In this document: piece after piece, positions 23,730 through 36,528 of the stretch
How the letters are laid out: every line of letters starts with the position of its first letter
Position numbering within the stretch: the stretch's first letter is position 1
NCBI GenBank assembly: GCA_973895155.1
Contig: OZ316891.1
Location: forward strand, 1,975,324-2,039,323
Direction of reading: 5' to 3'
DNA length: 64,000 nt
Origin: Marsupella aquatica
Lineage: Eukaryota; Plantae; Marchantiophyta
The notes under the pieces: model-generated
The model's input: the letters and a program-made list of their open reading frames with translations, nothing else
Databases searched by the model: none
What the model was told of the DNA's origin: nothing
Translations under genes and position numbers: made by a program

Positions 23730-24867
23730 TTTGCAGATTGCTCAAGTCCTTGTATGGATTGAAGCAGTCTCCCAGACAATGGAACAAGCGGTTTGATGAT
23801 TTCATGCTTGCTCAAGGTTTTACAAGGATGGTGTATGATCCTTGTGTGTATACGAAATCAATCAAGAATGATGTATTTGGTTTCATCATTCTGGTGATCT
23901 ATGTGGATGACATGCTGATTGTGGCTAAAGATCAATCTGAGGTTGACAGTCTCAAGGCGAAACTGAGTGCTGAATTCAGGATGAAGGATCTTGGTAAGGC
24001 CAAGAGGATCTTAGGGATGGAGATTTTTAGGAACTCTGAGACTGGACAGTTGTGATTGAGTCAAGGCCAGTATGCGAGGAAAGTACTTGCACGATTCAAC
24101 ATGGAGAACTGTAAGCCAGTGAGTATTCCTTTAGCTTCACATTTCAAGTTATCATCGGCTTTCTCTCCTACGGATGCTGTGGAGAAAGGTCTGATGGCTA
24201 AGATTCCTTATGAGAAGGCAGTAGGCAGTCTGATGTATTTGATGACTTGTACTAGGCCTGACTTGGCCCTAGCGATGGGCAAGGTCAGCAGATTCATGTC
24301 AAATCCAGGGAAGATACATTGGGAAGCTGTGAAGTGGATTCTCAGGTATCTCAAGGGTACACAAGACTATGGATTACTATTTGATAACAGATCAGATAGA
24401 ACATTAGTTGGCTATGTAGATTCTGACTATGGAGGCTGTCTGGATACAAGGAGGTCTAAAATTGGGTTTGTTTACACTCTTGGAGGAGGATGTATCAGTT
24501 GGAAATCTACCTTGCAGAAGTGCATATCTCAGTCTACTACAAAAGCAGAGTACGTTGCAGCAGCAGGAGCAGCAAAGGAAGCAATTTGGTTGGATAAGTT
24601 GATCGCGGAGATGGGTTTAGAGCATGGAAAATGACTCTAAACTGTGATAGTCAGAGTGCTCTTCACTTGGCTGCTAACCAGGTGATGGATAGCAGGGTGA
24701 AGCACATTGATATCAGGTACCATTTTATCAGGCAAGTAGTGTCTGATAAAACTTTTGAGCTAGTCAAGATTGATGGAAAGCTCAATCCCACTGATGCCTT
24801 TACCAAAGTGATTCCTTTGGAGAGTTTCTCAAGACACCGTGCTACTTTGCAGGTTTTGCAGTTGTAG
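23730..24867 (+). pseudogene. Copia RT (3' part) and RNase H
   Basis: LYGLKQSPRQW, IYVDDMLI, GYVDSDYGG, CDSQSALHLA and KHIDIRYHFIR; stop at about 24053 and frameshift at about 24632. Confidence 0.93.
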
Positions 24868-25074
24868 TGAAAGTAGAGTTATTTAGCAATGTGTGACTAT
24901 TTGTATATGGATTACTCATTCCTGTTAGGCTACGGCTTAGTTCTAGTTAACCCTTAGTTAACCCTTGTGGTTTTTAGGGGGAGACCTGGTTTGGTGATTG
25001 TCTAGAACTTCCTGCTGAGGATTCCATATGGTAGCATTTAGTCCAGTCCCCAAGACAAGAATCAAGGGGGAGTT

Positions 25075-25418
25075 TGTTAGATATTGCTCTAGTCTTGTGA
25101 CTCATGAGCTAACTATAGTTAAGCTAACTCGGGTTAGGACTTAGCTAATGTTAGCGGTAGTGCTGTTGTGCATATAGCCAGGGCTGATGCCAGACCCTGG
25201 TGGAACAAAGGCTCATTGTTACGGAGCTAGTTGAGAGATAGGGAGAGCTTGTGTTGTGGATACTTGGTATGGCCGGTCGGCCTAGAGTGCAGTAAAGTTC
25301 TTGTGTGTTCCCGTGGACGTAGCCTCATGTGGAGGTGAACCACGTATCTCTCTGTGTCGACTATTGTGCTCTGGATGGTTCATGGGCTTGCCGTTACGAA
25401 TGTCGTCTATGCTCAACA
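25075..25418 (+). repeat. Copia 3' LTR (344 bp)
   Basis: Direct repeat of 11191-11534, followed by the CATTG TSD. Confidence 0.95.
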
Positions 25419-25759
25419 CATTGGATTCCATCTCAGATTCAATCTTGGATTCAATTGGCTGTTTTCCCTGACCATTGATGGAAGAAATGTGACAAAAATA
25501 TTGTACCTCATGTTTGAAAATTTGAAAACTTTCCCTGACCATTGATGTGACCATTGATGTTAAATTTGACAAAAATATGGTACCTCATGTTTGAAAATTT
25601 GTAGGTCTCTTAATACTCAATGAAAGTTGACCAGATCAAGCTCATTTTTGCTAATGTAGTCAGAACCGACTTTCTGGTAATTGTCGTATGGGGGAACCTG
25701 ACCCAGTGTGAAGGTACACTTGGAGGAGGTTAGCAGGGTCTAATTGTGAGCCTTCACGT

Positions 25760-26067
25760 GTTCACAACCCAATAAAGTGTAGTCTCTAGTTTTAGTATAC
25801 TCCAGTCAAGCCAACCTATATTCTCAATGGGGGTGCAACGCCATAATTAAATTAGTTTTGGGTTCACAACCCAATAAAGTGTAGTCTCCAGTTTTAGTAT
25901 ACTCCAGTCAAGCCAATCTATATACTAAAAAGGGGGTGTAAAGCCATAATTAAATTAATTTTGGGTTCACAACCCAATAAAGTGTAGTCTTCAGTTAGTA
26001 TAGTCTAGTCAAGCCAACCTATATATACTGAATTGGGGTGCAAAGTGCTCATTAATTTAGTTTTGGG
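25760..26067. repeat. Tandem repeat, 3 x ~102 bp
   Basis: gttcacaacccaataaagtgtagtct...agtcaagccaa units start at about 25760, 25862 and 25965. Confidence 0.9.
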
Positions 26068-26399
26068 GGGCAGGTTTAGGTTCATAATTTTGACACTGGG
26101 GGGACAGGATAGGAACAACAGAAACTAATTAATGTAAGCTCGGGAGCTTCTTCCAGAGTAGACTCTAAATAAATTGCTCAAATCGTCGAGGAAAGCTTTG
26201 AAATCTCATCGCAATTCCAATCTACAGGAGTCTCTCGAAGACCGGAGAAAACAAAGCCCATGAATTCAAGATCTCCTGCTTCTCCAGCTTAGGGCTCAGG
26301 GCTCCAGACTTCTCGTGCGCACCAGAAGTGAATGCGGGATGATTCGCTTGGGTTGGTACGAGAGGTGTAGTTCCATCGCAATTGCAATGTAGGCTTTCG

Positions 26400-28088
26400 A
26401 TGGCCGGAGGAGACAAGGCCCGTGCTGCGGAGCAGGGCTCTTTGCTGTTCCACACATTCAAACATCTTCTGCTTTCTCGGGTGTTGTCAAGAGTCATCAC
26501 ATTCATGCTCCGGCTGCTGGTGGCCCGCCGGCTCAATCCCGACCAGTATGCGCTCTCCGCCATCCAGTTCCATCTGCTGACGACCACAATTCTGTTCATC
26601 AGCCGTGAGGGCTTTCGAAGGGGATGCCTCCGTAGCAATTCAGGGGTTAGGCAGGGCGTCACTGAAGGAGAGAATGAGAATGAGGCGGAAAATGTGAGTG
26701 AAGGAGGACATCTCAGTGAAGGTGAAATCAACGCGAAGATTGTGACCGTGGCATGGCTGACAGTGCCAATTGGAGCTGCGCTCTCGGTGGCCACATGTGC
26801 TCTCGTTCTTTGGTGGCAAGGGGCAGATGAGGTATCCAGTGAATACTTCTTGTCCGTCTGGCTTCATGGGTTGGGTGCTTTACTTGAAATTCTGAGTGAA
26901 CCTCTCTACATTCTCTCCCAGCGGCTCCTATTTTTGAAGCTCCGGATAGTTATTGAAGGGCTGGCAACATTTTTCTGGTCGTTTACCACCTATGCTCTGC
27001 TTGTGCTTGGCATTGGAAAGGGTGGAGGCCTTGTCTTTGCCTATGCTCAAATTGCATACGGTGCCTGCCTGCTGGTTGGGTACTGGTCATATTTTGTTCT
27101 CAGGTTTCATGGCCCTCAGAACAAGGTGGTGTCATTTTTTCCTACCTGGAAAAATCGAAGGATTTTAATAGACAAGCCAATGGCGAATTTATGCTTCATC
27201 TTCACACTTCAATCTGTTCAAAAACTGGTTTTGCAAGAAGGGGAGAAGTTGGTGCTTGTGTTGTTTGACACAACCTATAATCAAGGGGTGTATGGGCTGG
27301 TAGACAACCTGGGCAGCCTTGTGGTGAGATCCTTCTTGCAACCTTTTGAAGAGAGTGTGTTCACCATGTTTGCAAAGTCCTCCTCAGGTGTCCCAAGCGG
27401 TGCAGCAATCAGGCCTTCAAGATCCTTGGTTGGGTCGGAAAACATTCTTTTATTGGCTTTGAAGCTGGTGAGCTTCATTGGTTTGATATTTGTGACTTTT
27501 GGTCCGAGCTACTCTTACTTGCTCTTACGCCTATTGTATGGTCGCACATGGAGTGACACAGAGGCTCCAACAGCACTGGGTTGCTACTGTGTTTACATCA
27601 TGGCCTTGGCAGTGAATGGTACAACAGAAGCGTTTCTCCATGCGGTTGTGACCAGGAAGCAGCTTCTATGGTCCAATGCGTGGCTCACCCTTTTTTCAGT
27701 TGTTTACATGTCCCTCAGTGTGCTTTTGATTGGTGCAGCAGGATCTACAGGCCTCATCCTGGCTAATGCTCTCAATATGGCGATGCGGATTGTATACTCG
27801 TTGGTCTTCATTCGGTCATTTTTCAAGGATTCTTCAACATTTAGTTTACAAAGGGCGCTTCCAGGCTTCCATGTCTTGGCAGTCTTGGCAGGATCAGCAT
27901 TGGTGACATATCTGTCAAATAAGTATGTTCTTGATCCTGATCGGTTCTCTTCATCAGGTATCTTACATGTCATCATTGGGACTGGATGCCTGGCGGCTGT
28001 GATCGCCTCTGTGTACAAATATGAGAGGGCCTTTCTCAGGGATCTTTCTAGACTGAAAGGAGGCGAGGCTGAAAATAAGTCAGAGTAG
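26400..28088 (+). CDS. RFT1: RFT1 homolog (Man5GlcNAc2-PP-dolichol translocation family), single coding exon
   Basis: [62 protein letters not shown] and [13 protein letters not shown]; multi-transmembrane protein; ATG at 26400. Confidence 0.95.
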   Translation: MAGGDKARAAEQGSLLFHTFKHLLLSRVLSRVITFMLRLLVARRLNPDQYALSAIQFHLLTTTILFISREGFRRGCLRSNSGVRQGVTEGENENEAENVSEGGHLSEGEINAKIVTVAWLTVPIGAALSVATCALVLWWQGADEVSSEYFLSVWLHGLGALLEILSEPLYILSQRLLFLKLRIVIEGLATFFWSFTTYALLVLGIGKGGGLVFAYAQIAYGACLLVGYWSYFVLRFHGPQNKVVSFFPTWKNRRILIDKPMANLCFIFTLQSVQKLVLQEGEKLVLVLFDTTYNQGVYGLVDNLGSLVVRSFLQPFEESVFTMFAKSSSGVPSGAAIRPSRSLVGSENILLLALKLVSFIGLIFVTFGPSYSYLLLRLLYGRTWSDTEAPTALGCYCVYIMALAVNGTTEAFLHAVVTRKQLLWSNAWLTLFSVVYMSLSVLLIGAAGSTGLILANALNMAMRIVYSLVFIRSFFKDSSTFSLQRALPGFHVLAVLAGSALVTYLSNKYVLDPDRFSSSGILHVIIGTGCLAAVIASVYKYERAFLRDLSRLKGGEAENKSE

Positions 28089-28255
28089 TCTTTATGTCAG
28101 TCTTGCGAAATTTTCCAGCCCCTTTCACTCGTTTATCTGGATAACCGAGCTTGCTTGTCAGAGTCGCATTATTCCACAGGAGGTCGTATTCTCGACAGAA
28201 TCCGCACGCTTTAGCGTGATTCCTGGTAACCTAGTCAAACCTGGGCAAGGCACAG

Positions 28256-28410
28256 TTAGATCATATGGGCTAGGGGTATGCTTATTACCCTTGGAGGTCA
28301 TATTACTCTATATGTCACATATTACTCTCCATATGCTTATTACCTTGGAGTTAGATCATATGGGCTAGGGGTATGCTTATTACCTTGGAGGTCATATTAC
28401 TCTATAGGTC
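28256..28410. repeat. Short direct duplication
   Basis: gttagatcatatgggctaggggtatgcttattacc(c)ttggaggtcatattactctata at about 28256 and 28350. Confidence 0.85.
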
Positions 28411-30239
28411 ACATGACACTGCTACCCTTCACCTTCGATTTGCCAGAAGGGAATTTGCTACAATGGTTTATCTGTATAATGTGTCGATGAATGGGATAGA
28501 CGCCTCGACGATCTGTGAAGTAGATTCTTTGATCTGGAGAGTAGAAATGGACGTGGGTTACCCTTTAGAACGGAAGAAGTGAATATTTGCCCAGAGATAC
28601 ATCGGATGGGGAATCACTATCCTCGCAGGCACTCGAATAGTGATGCTTTTAAGTCATTTTTCAAGGAGGATGTGGAATGTGAAATCGTCTCCAGATGTGT
28701 CGTCGAAGAGACTCCAAGTTTCTGAAGTTGGAATACAGAACTGCTATGCCCCTGGTGCAGACAAGATTGACCAAGGTTGGATCAGGAAATTGTGCATAGC
28801 AGCGTCAAGTCTCCTTGAGAAGTTGAAGAAGGTACATCCGGAATCAGGTTTTGAAGTTTTCAAATGGAATCAAATCTTGAATGACATCTGGTAACAAGAA
28901 CGGATCTTCATGGAAAGTGTTACCCCATTTCTACTGCAATTGTTGGCATCAAACAAAAGGTGGCTCCTGTACATTTTTTAAGCCGTCAAATTCTATCCGA
29001 TATGAAGAAATCAATTTAGATAACCAGCCAAGCCTCTCTGATGGAGCCAATCCGAAGTAATTTATCCTGCAATCAACTTTCAAGAGAAACCGTGCAAGAA
29101 CATGATGATGATAAATGGAATGGCTATACGAGGAATTGAAAATATTGTAGGTTGGACCATGGGATATGAAAAGAGAAGAACTTTCAGACTGGGTTCAACC
29201 TAATGTTAAAGACCACTTTCGTTGTTGGCTTAGGCTTGTGGGAAATTTGCTTAAAAGGTTTATTTTGGTGTATATTGCAAGTCCACAATATCATTGGCCC
29301 AAAGGAGAGGTCATTGGAAGGTCCTTGTTTGGATGACAGATCGGAAATAGGCTCGATGGACGGTCTCTTTTTCTCAACCAGGCATGTTTTTGGACAATCC
29401 CTAGAACAAATCTTTCCAAGATGGACGGTCTCTTTTTCTCCTCAGGCTCTACTAAGATCATTTATTATTAGTTCATTATATAAATAAGTTTATACAAATT
29501 TGGGTTACAATATGCTTTTGCACAATCAATGACAAACTATGTTATATTGAAGAATGTAACAGAAGGTCTCATAGACCCCACTTTGGATAAGATGCTTGGA
29601 TAGATTGTAAAAACTTGCATGGACCATCTTGAAGAATTCTAATCTGTTCATCCAACACCTTTCTGTTCGTATGTGCTCATATCTTTTTGTGTCATATGTG
29701 TTTGGTTCATCATAGTCCTTAGGTCAAATATATGGCTACATATTAAACACCCCTTGTTTGCCCCTGTTTACACCTCCTGTGTGCCCAATGTGTGGTTCTG
29801 GCCCCTAAATAAATAGGTTTCTCCCCATGAACAGTAAATCACTTTCAGAGTAACTGTATAGATTAGTCAAATGGGATCCCAAAACCCTCTTTGCATTGAA
29901 GGAAAGATTTTACAGTAAATTCATGTCATCCTGGTTCAAATGGATGTTTCCATGGATCCCACAAAAACTCTAAAAATCCCATCCTAGCATAAGGTTTCAA
30001 ATAGAATTGTATCCTAGTAGAAGATTTGAAATGAATCATGTCTAAACACTAAAATATGCAACTTTGCTCTTTCTCATGGTCTATTTATCACTCTTATGGG
30101 ACCTTTCCATCTTCTTGCATTATGGTAATATTTTCCCCTAACCATGAGATGTATCTAAAGGTGATCCACTATGCATTTTTTTCATGCTCAACCTATCACT
30201 CTCCTCACAGTTTGCACACTTCTGGACATCAAGTTACCA

Positions 30240-32548
30240 GGCAGACTTGTTGACTCCTTGGAGTGTTTGCCTTCTTGGCCATTTCACTTATGCTCGCCAA
30301 CATTATTGCTCAATTATCACTTACTATTGACAAATACTAAAGTGTAATGGACAGGCATTGGACTAGTGTGGCATACATAGTTTTAGATCCCAAGGGTTTA
30401 TTTATCCCCCATTAATAGGGTCTCAAAGCTTCAAAGTTGCGGATGATGATTTTTGGCCATAGACAGATGGTTGTAACTTTTCACAGGGTAGCTGGCAAAA
30501 TGCTAATTGCAGAGCCCATGTGGTCATTGGTGCAAAGGTCTCAGGGTGTTTATCCACAAGGATCTGGATAATATGCAGCTTCAACTTTCTCAATATCTTA
30601 TTGTATGTGCCTTCTCTCCCATTGTGGAAATGAAACTTTTGTTAGTCGCATCTTTTTTGATAAGCAAGTCTCCACTCGCCACAGATATTAAAATTGAAAT
30701 AATTTCCTCTGCACTCACATCTCCTTCAAAACAACAGAAAGGGGCAGGAGTAATTGTCTTCCCTGCTCTTTTGTTTCCAGTCTCACCAGCACCATCTGGA
30801 AGGATTCCATCAAGCCACATTTGACATACCTTCTTCCAAAGACTGAAAAGATTGTCATCAGCAAGAATCAACCAATAGATCTGTTTCAATGATGCTAAGT
30901 TCAGTGTGTGCATTGCGACTTTTGCCCATTCCTGGAAACACAACAAATTGGATTGTTAGAGTTGACAACTAGATAGATCACAAAGAGGGTTGATCCCATA
31001 CAGCCCCTCCCACCAAGATTGATGAAAATATGGAGATTAATAGAAACATTCAGGTCTACAACATTTTTTTGACCTCAAGAAAGGAATGAAAACTCACATT
31101 AAATCGTGTGTTATCAGTTTTCTGATTGGAACCAACAATGGGCTTTGGAGGACAACCCATCTCCACAAACTGTCTTCTTGCATGTAAGACAGTCTCTAGG
31201 AAACATGACTTGAACTCCATGGCCTCATTGATTACATTGGATCTGCTTGAATGCTCAGCAAGTATTGCTGATGGCGTAGTGTCCGACAAAATCCTTGCTT
31301 TCCTGAGCATGAGATTCTTTGCAATATTTGTGAGCTTTGCGTCAGTCTTAGCCCATCCTTGAATCCATTGAGCCGCCCTTGCTGAATGCTGCCCACTAAT
31401 TGCAAAGAACATAATCTCCTTTTTTGCAATGGCTCCCAAAAAATCATTCCTATCTGCCTTAGTTAGTGTTCTCAAAATGAACCAACTTCTTTGTTGTTGG
31501 CAAGAAGGCAATCAAATCAGCAACATGCGGTTGATGCCCTGGCTTGTCCACCATGGAGTCGGCAATCTGTTTCACATGCTCCCTATTTATCATTCGATAG
31601 CAAAGTCGAGCTGGAGGAGGGACAATAAGATCCACAGGTACTTGGAAAATCTCATCCATACCAAATGTGTAGTATTTTTCAAGCATATCCAAAACCTCTC
31701 TACCCTCTCTAACCTTTGACTCCAAAGGTGCTGCTGTTGGACCTTCATCCTCCTCATACGTCAAAAATCATTCCTTTTGTAGCGGTAATTACAGAAGAGT
31801 TCTCCTTCTCTGATTTCTTATTTTTGGCAATCTTCTCATGTGAAGATTGTTTTTTAGTTGGGGTCTTGACCTTTGGCTCTGGCTTCTTCCTTGGCATCTT
31901 TGGCTTTGGCTCCCGCGCCTTCTTCTCTGTTGCTGGCCTCTTCTCTTTGGCAGGCCACGAAACTCTTGTTGTGGAGGGTTGACTATTTTTCTTCTTTTTC
32001 TTCTTTTTCTTTGTGTCGACTTCATCCTCCTCCTCTGAGTAATCTGATCTCGCTCGCTTTGCTTTGCGTTTTGTAGTAACTTTACCATTATCTTCACTTG
32101 CCTCCGTGTCCGAATCATCTTCCTCAGATGTGTCATCTTTATTCCCTTTCGATTTGTTGAGGCTGCCACCATCTGAATTGGTCTCATTTGATGAACTCAA
32201 AATAGTTTTTGGTTCACTCGAATGAATGCTCTTCCCCTTCCCAAGAACCAAATTAACCGCAGACTTCTTGTGATTGGGTACAGTGGAATGGATGGGCCTA
32301 AGTTCCTCTGGTTTAGATCTTTCCGGAGGAGAAGGATTGGTACCACCTGACAATTTCAGTGTTCTCCGGTTTGGGATTGAAATACTTCCTGGCTTATCCA
32401 CGACCTGTGTGCTCTTCAAAGTAGAAATCCAACGTCGAGCCTTCTTGTCATCCCAACCACAAAAAACCAACTCAACCTTGAGAAAAACCTTGAAAGCATG
32501 GTCGGCAAGATCAGCGCTATTCACCAACTTCTCCAGTGTACCACGCAC
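30240..32548 (-). pseudogene. Frameshifted, probably TE-borne ORF with a Lys/Glu-rich N-terminus and a ParB/Sulfiredoxin-like domain
   Basis: FQVPVDLIVPP...RMINREHVKQIADSM followed (after a frameshift) by FFAISGQHSARAA; GT-AG intron 31097-30932; several frameshifts and stops. Confidence 0.55.
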
Positions 32549-32879
32549 GGGTGTTGAGCTCGTTCATTCATATCCGTCAACGCAACGACCATCCTAACGA
32601 AAGGCCAACTCTACCTTATAACTGGGTTCTCGGGCTCCCACGATACAATCTTCACAAGAAGAAAGTTCAGTTCGAACTAGAGCGAGATCCTCCTCTGCGC
32701 GTTGTTCTATCAGTTTCCCAGACCTTGTTCCTCCAACCACTCATTCGTCGACTAAGACCTCTTCCTCCACTCTATTTTCAATCAAGTCATGTAAGATCCA
32801 CTTTGCAGGCAATGGAACCCCGACCCTCTCGATGCACCTCACATGTCCCCACCCATGTAGAGGTAAATAGTAGCCACTT

Positions 32880-33130
32880 TGGCTAATGTTTAAAAACAAG
32901 TAAAAATGGCTGGTGGAGAGGGAAAAGGCGGCCAGGTGAGAGAGAGGAGTAAAGTTGGCTAATGTTTAAAAAACCCACAAAAAAAAACAACTGGTGGAGA
33001 GAGAAGGCCAGGTGAGAGAGAGGAGTAAAGCTGCCAAGGAAACCCCGAGAGGAGTAAAATTGGCAATGGAACCAACCCCAATGGAACCAATCCACCCCAA
33101 TGGAACCAACCCACCCCAATGGAAGAACCA
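32880..33130. repeat. Short direct repeats upstream of the ParB-like ORF
   Basis: ggctaatgtttaaaaa...ggccaggtgagagagaggagtaaag twice; caatggaaccaa/caatggaagaa about four times. Confidence 0.75.
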
Positions 33131-33611
33131 ACCCCGAGCCTCTCGAGGCGCCTCACACGTCCCCACCAAACCCAAGAGTTGTTAGGGCTCTTCTGGTGTC
33201 TCTGGTGTCTCTGTGTACCTTAGCAGCAGTGGCGCGACTAGAGGCACCGTAGAGCGCGAGCGTACCATATGCGCCTCGACAGTCGACACGGAAGGAGCAG
33301 AACAACGAGGAGTGGTTTTGCGAACAAGCTCGTCCATTCTTCGTCTTCGTTCTTCTTCGGTGGCGGAGAGAGCGAGAGAGAGAGCAAGTGAGAAGGAGGA
33401 GGTTTGTAGTTGGCTGCACTAATAATGGAGTAGCGAGTCGCTACGGTGCTCCAGCAGTAGATCATCCCTCGCTTCTGCGCGGACGGTGTCTGGTGAGTGA
33501 GTCGAGTCGATTTGACTTGCATCGTCGGAGTTTTCTTGTCGTGCTTTGTGCGGTCGTCGATGTCGTCGTGGTGGTCTCGTAGTCAGGCGAGAGCAGGAAG
33601 GGGTTTTGGAG

Positions 33612-33680
33612 CGAGGAAAGAGAATAGAAGAGAATAGAATAGAAGAGAAGAGAAGAGAAGTGAGGAGAAGAGAAGAGGGA
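33612..33680. repeat. Purine-rich (AGAAT/AGAAG)n microsatellite
   Basis: agaatagaagagaatagaatagaagagaagagaagagaag. Confidence 0.85.
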
Positions 33681-34138
33681 CAACCAGTTGTGTCCGTGTG
33701 TCGGTTTTCTTGCTGTGCTTTTCGTCGGTCTGCATTGCTGCTGCTGCCATCGACGTTGTGTGTTGCTTTTTCGAGCTCTCTGGTCCTGGTTTGTTTATCT
33801 CTTTGGTTTGTACGGCTCTTTCTGCATCTGTCGTCCGGCGTGCACTGCGCATCGTGTGTCCCAGCCGCCCGGTGACGCCTGAGGTTCTGAGATTTGCTCT
33901 TCTTGAGCTGTTCTTGCGTCGTCTAGGGGCCGAAGGTGCTAGTTTTGTGTGTCGGCTTCTTGTGTACCGCTTTAAAGCGTCAACGTGCACGTCTGTAATT
34001 TGGTTTTCGTTGTTTGCCTTGTTTTATTCTCTTTTTGACGTTTTTTGCACTCAATGTCGTGGCAGGTCGCGGCGATCTCACCATTTTGAATTTTTGAGGT
34101 CTAAATATTTTGGAGCTTGAGAAGGCGTCCGAGTCTCC

Positions 34139-35506
34139 ATGGCTATGGCTGCCATTGAGGCCCTGCCTGTTTCCGGGCCTGGACGATGCAATGGGCCCCT
34201 ACTCGCATTTGGACGGACGTCCAGACAGAGCTCCTCCGCGCTTCCTGTGGTGCCTTGGAAGCAGCTCAAGTCTGATGCAGAACAGAGGACCATTCGAGAT
34301 CATTGTTCTCAGGGAAGGACCATAGGCAATGCTAGACGAAGAGCTGGATGTCTGAATTGCATTGCTTTGAAGAGAGGTTTGGGAGGAGAAAGGTGGAGGC
34401 AGCAGCGGCTCGGCTGTGGCCTTAGGTTTCGTCTTCCCACCTATGGAAATGGGCAATTTGAGAGATGTTCCCTCCGAGCTGTGAGCAGCGATTATGTTGG
34501 AGATGCGGAGCCATCGTCGTCATCCTCGTCAGAAGAGGAGAGTGTTGAGGCGTTGGAATCGGACACAGAGAAGAGCGAGGTGTCCTTGTCTTTTGCCGAG
34601 AAGGCTACTTTGTTCCAGAGTGCGTTTTGGAGGTTTTTGAGGCCTCACACGATCCGTGGGACACTGCTGGGCTCCTCGGCTCTCGTGGCGAGAGCGCTGA
34701 TAGAGAATCCCCAGCTCATTAATTGGGCTCTTCTGCCGAAGGCTTTGCGAGGGGTTCTCGCTCTGCTATGTGGTAACGGGTACATTGTGGGCATAAACCA
34801 AATCTATGATGTGGGAATTGACAAAATCAACAAGCCCTTCTTGCCAATTGCCGCTGGAGACCTCTCGATTCCTGCGGCGTGGGGTTTGGTTGTAGGGTTG
34901 GCAGCACTTGGAATTGCAATTGCCAGCACCAACTTTGGGCCTCTGATCACAGTGCTCTACTCGTTTGGTCTGTTCCTTGGGACCATTTATTCCGTGCCTC
35001 CATTTCACTTGAAAAGATTCGCTGTGCCAGCTTTCCTCATCATTGCTACTGTAAGGGGATTTCTTCTCAACTTTGGGGTGTACTATGCGACCAGAGTTGC
35101 CCTGGGGCTTCAGTATCAGTGGAGTCCTTCCATAGTATTTATCACATGTTTCGTGACCGTCTTTGCCACAGTTATCGCCATCACGAAGGACCTCCCAGAC
35201 ATAGAAGGCGACCGGAAATTCAACATCTCCACGTTTGCCACGAAACTTGGTGTGCGCAAGATCTCGTTTCTGGGAGCTGGTTTGCTGCTTGCCAATTACG
35301 TAGGAGCAATTATTGCAGCAATTTACCTGCCTCAGAGCTTTAACCAGAAAGTGATGATTCCAGCTCATGCTATTCTTGCTGCAGCTCTGGTGTATCAGAC
35401 ATGGTTGTTGGACTCGGCCAAGTACACAAAAGAGAGCATAGCAGGATTTTATAGGTTCATTTGGAATCTTTTCTATTCACAATATATCTTGCTACCCTTT
35501 ATTTGA
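34139..35506 (+). CDS. HST: Homogentisate solanesyltransferase (UbiA family, plastoquinone synthesis) with a transit-peptide-like N-terminus; single coding exon
   Basis: [72 protein letters not shown] and [10 protein letters not shown]. Confidence 0.95.
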   Translation: MAMAAIEALPVSGPGRCNGPLLAFGRTSRQSSSALPVVPWKQLKSDAEQRTIRDHCSQGRTIGNARRRAGCLNCIALKRGLGGERWRQQRLGCGLRFRLPTYGNGQFERCSLRAVSSDYVGDAEPSSSSSSEEESVEALESDTEKSEVSLSFAEKATLFQSAFWRFLRPHTIRGTLLGSSALVARALIENPQLINWALLPKALRGVLALLCGNGYIVGINQIYDVGIDKINKPFLPIAAGDLSIPAAWGLVVGLAALGIAIASTNFGPLITVLYSFGLFLGTIYSVPPFHLKRFAVPAFLIIATVRGFLLNFGVYYATRVALGLQYQWSPSIVFITCFVTVFATVIAITKDLPDIEGDRKFNISTFATKLGVRKISFLGAGLLLANYVGAIIAAIYLPQSFNQKVMIPAHAILAAALVYQTWLLDSAKYTKESIAGFYRFIWNLFYSQYILLPFI

Positions 35507-36528
35507 TCTGAAACTTGTTTTGGGAGGTAGAATTAGAGACATGGAACCACCTTTCTTCGTTCATTTTTCAAAGATTCACGGAGCCGGACTTTGCCCTCCC
35601 ACTGGTGGGTTCGGGTGAGTGTGATATGCCAACGGAAGTGAATGATGTGTCCATCCTGGAAATGAGCAAGAGCGAAATTTTGTCTACTGCATTTTCTTTT
35701 GTACATCGTCGAGATATTCTGGGCCTTAACCCGCCGGTCAGCGCTGTGTTATCCCTGCTCCGGGCCACGCTAAGCTCAGCAGTTGCCGAGGCCATGTTGG
35801 GGAAGCTAGCCTAGAGTTCATATCATCGGTTCCAATTAACAGTCGGCCGGATTCCTGAGGCTCCGTTGGGGAAAGATGGCGGAAAGACCATGCAAGAGTG
35901 TGTCTCGAAGGTCGTTTATTTCGTCACGCAGGAAGCTGCGGGAATATGTAAGACTCTGGAAGACCTGCTGTGGGCAATGGAGAAATTGTGATTTGGTAAT
36001 GTGGCGCGGAAGTGGACAGTGTACAATGATGCATTGAAATGCAGTCAATGGGGTGATACTGGTAAACTTGAGTTGCCACTTACATCGTCTGGTTAGAGGG
36101 AGGGACAGGCCCCTGGAGTTTGTATCCAGGTGCAAATAGGTAGTTCTGTCGCAACAGGAGCTGAGTCCTCGACCACAACCGATCGTACGCTGAATCTCGT
36201 GAGATGCATCAACAGATGTAAATGTCCCCGGGAATTTATCCTGCAAGCTATCCAGGAAACCGACCTACAACTATCTAGAAGACTTTTCGGGATTCAGCTA
36301 TCCAGGAAACCAACCAGGAAATCAACAGTTGCAAATCTACAGTAGTTAGCATGCGGTTCTTGAGTCTAGGGATGCCATATATGCCGTTCCTTGGGTAGGA
36401 ATCTCCAGTATCTCCTGTCCAGGGGCACAGATGAATTGGTTATCGGAGGTCACTGGCTTATAGGAAAGGCGCATAAGGTAGCTCTTGTAGCAGCGCACAA
36501 GTAGAGTTGTATTGGTGCACGGAGGAGA

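Larger units (their letters stand above)
11191..25418 (+). mobile_element. Full-length Ty1-copia LTR retrotransposon (decayed), interrupted by CACTA element 1
   Basis: TG...CA LTRs at 11191-11534 and 25075-25418; CATTG TSD at 11186-11190 and 25419-25423; PBS-like TGATATCAGAGC after the 5' LTR; PPT AAGGGGGAG before the 3' LTR; gag-PR-IN-RT-RH domain order. Confidence 0.97.

Noticed and set aside
34766-35368. Long antisense/overlapping ORFs within HST (and similar ones in CHR8, CML and uL15)
   Set aside because: These are shadow frames of real coding sequence with no independent protein signal.
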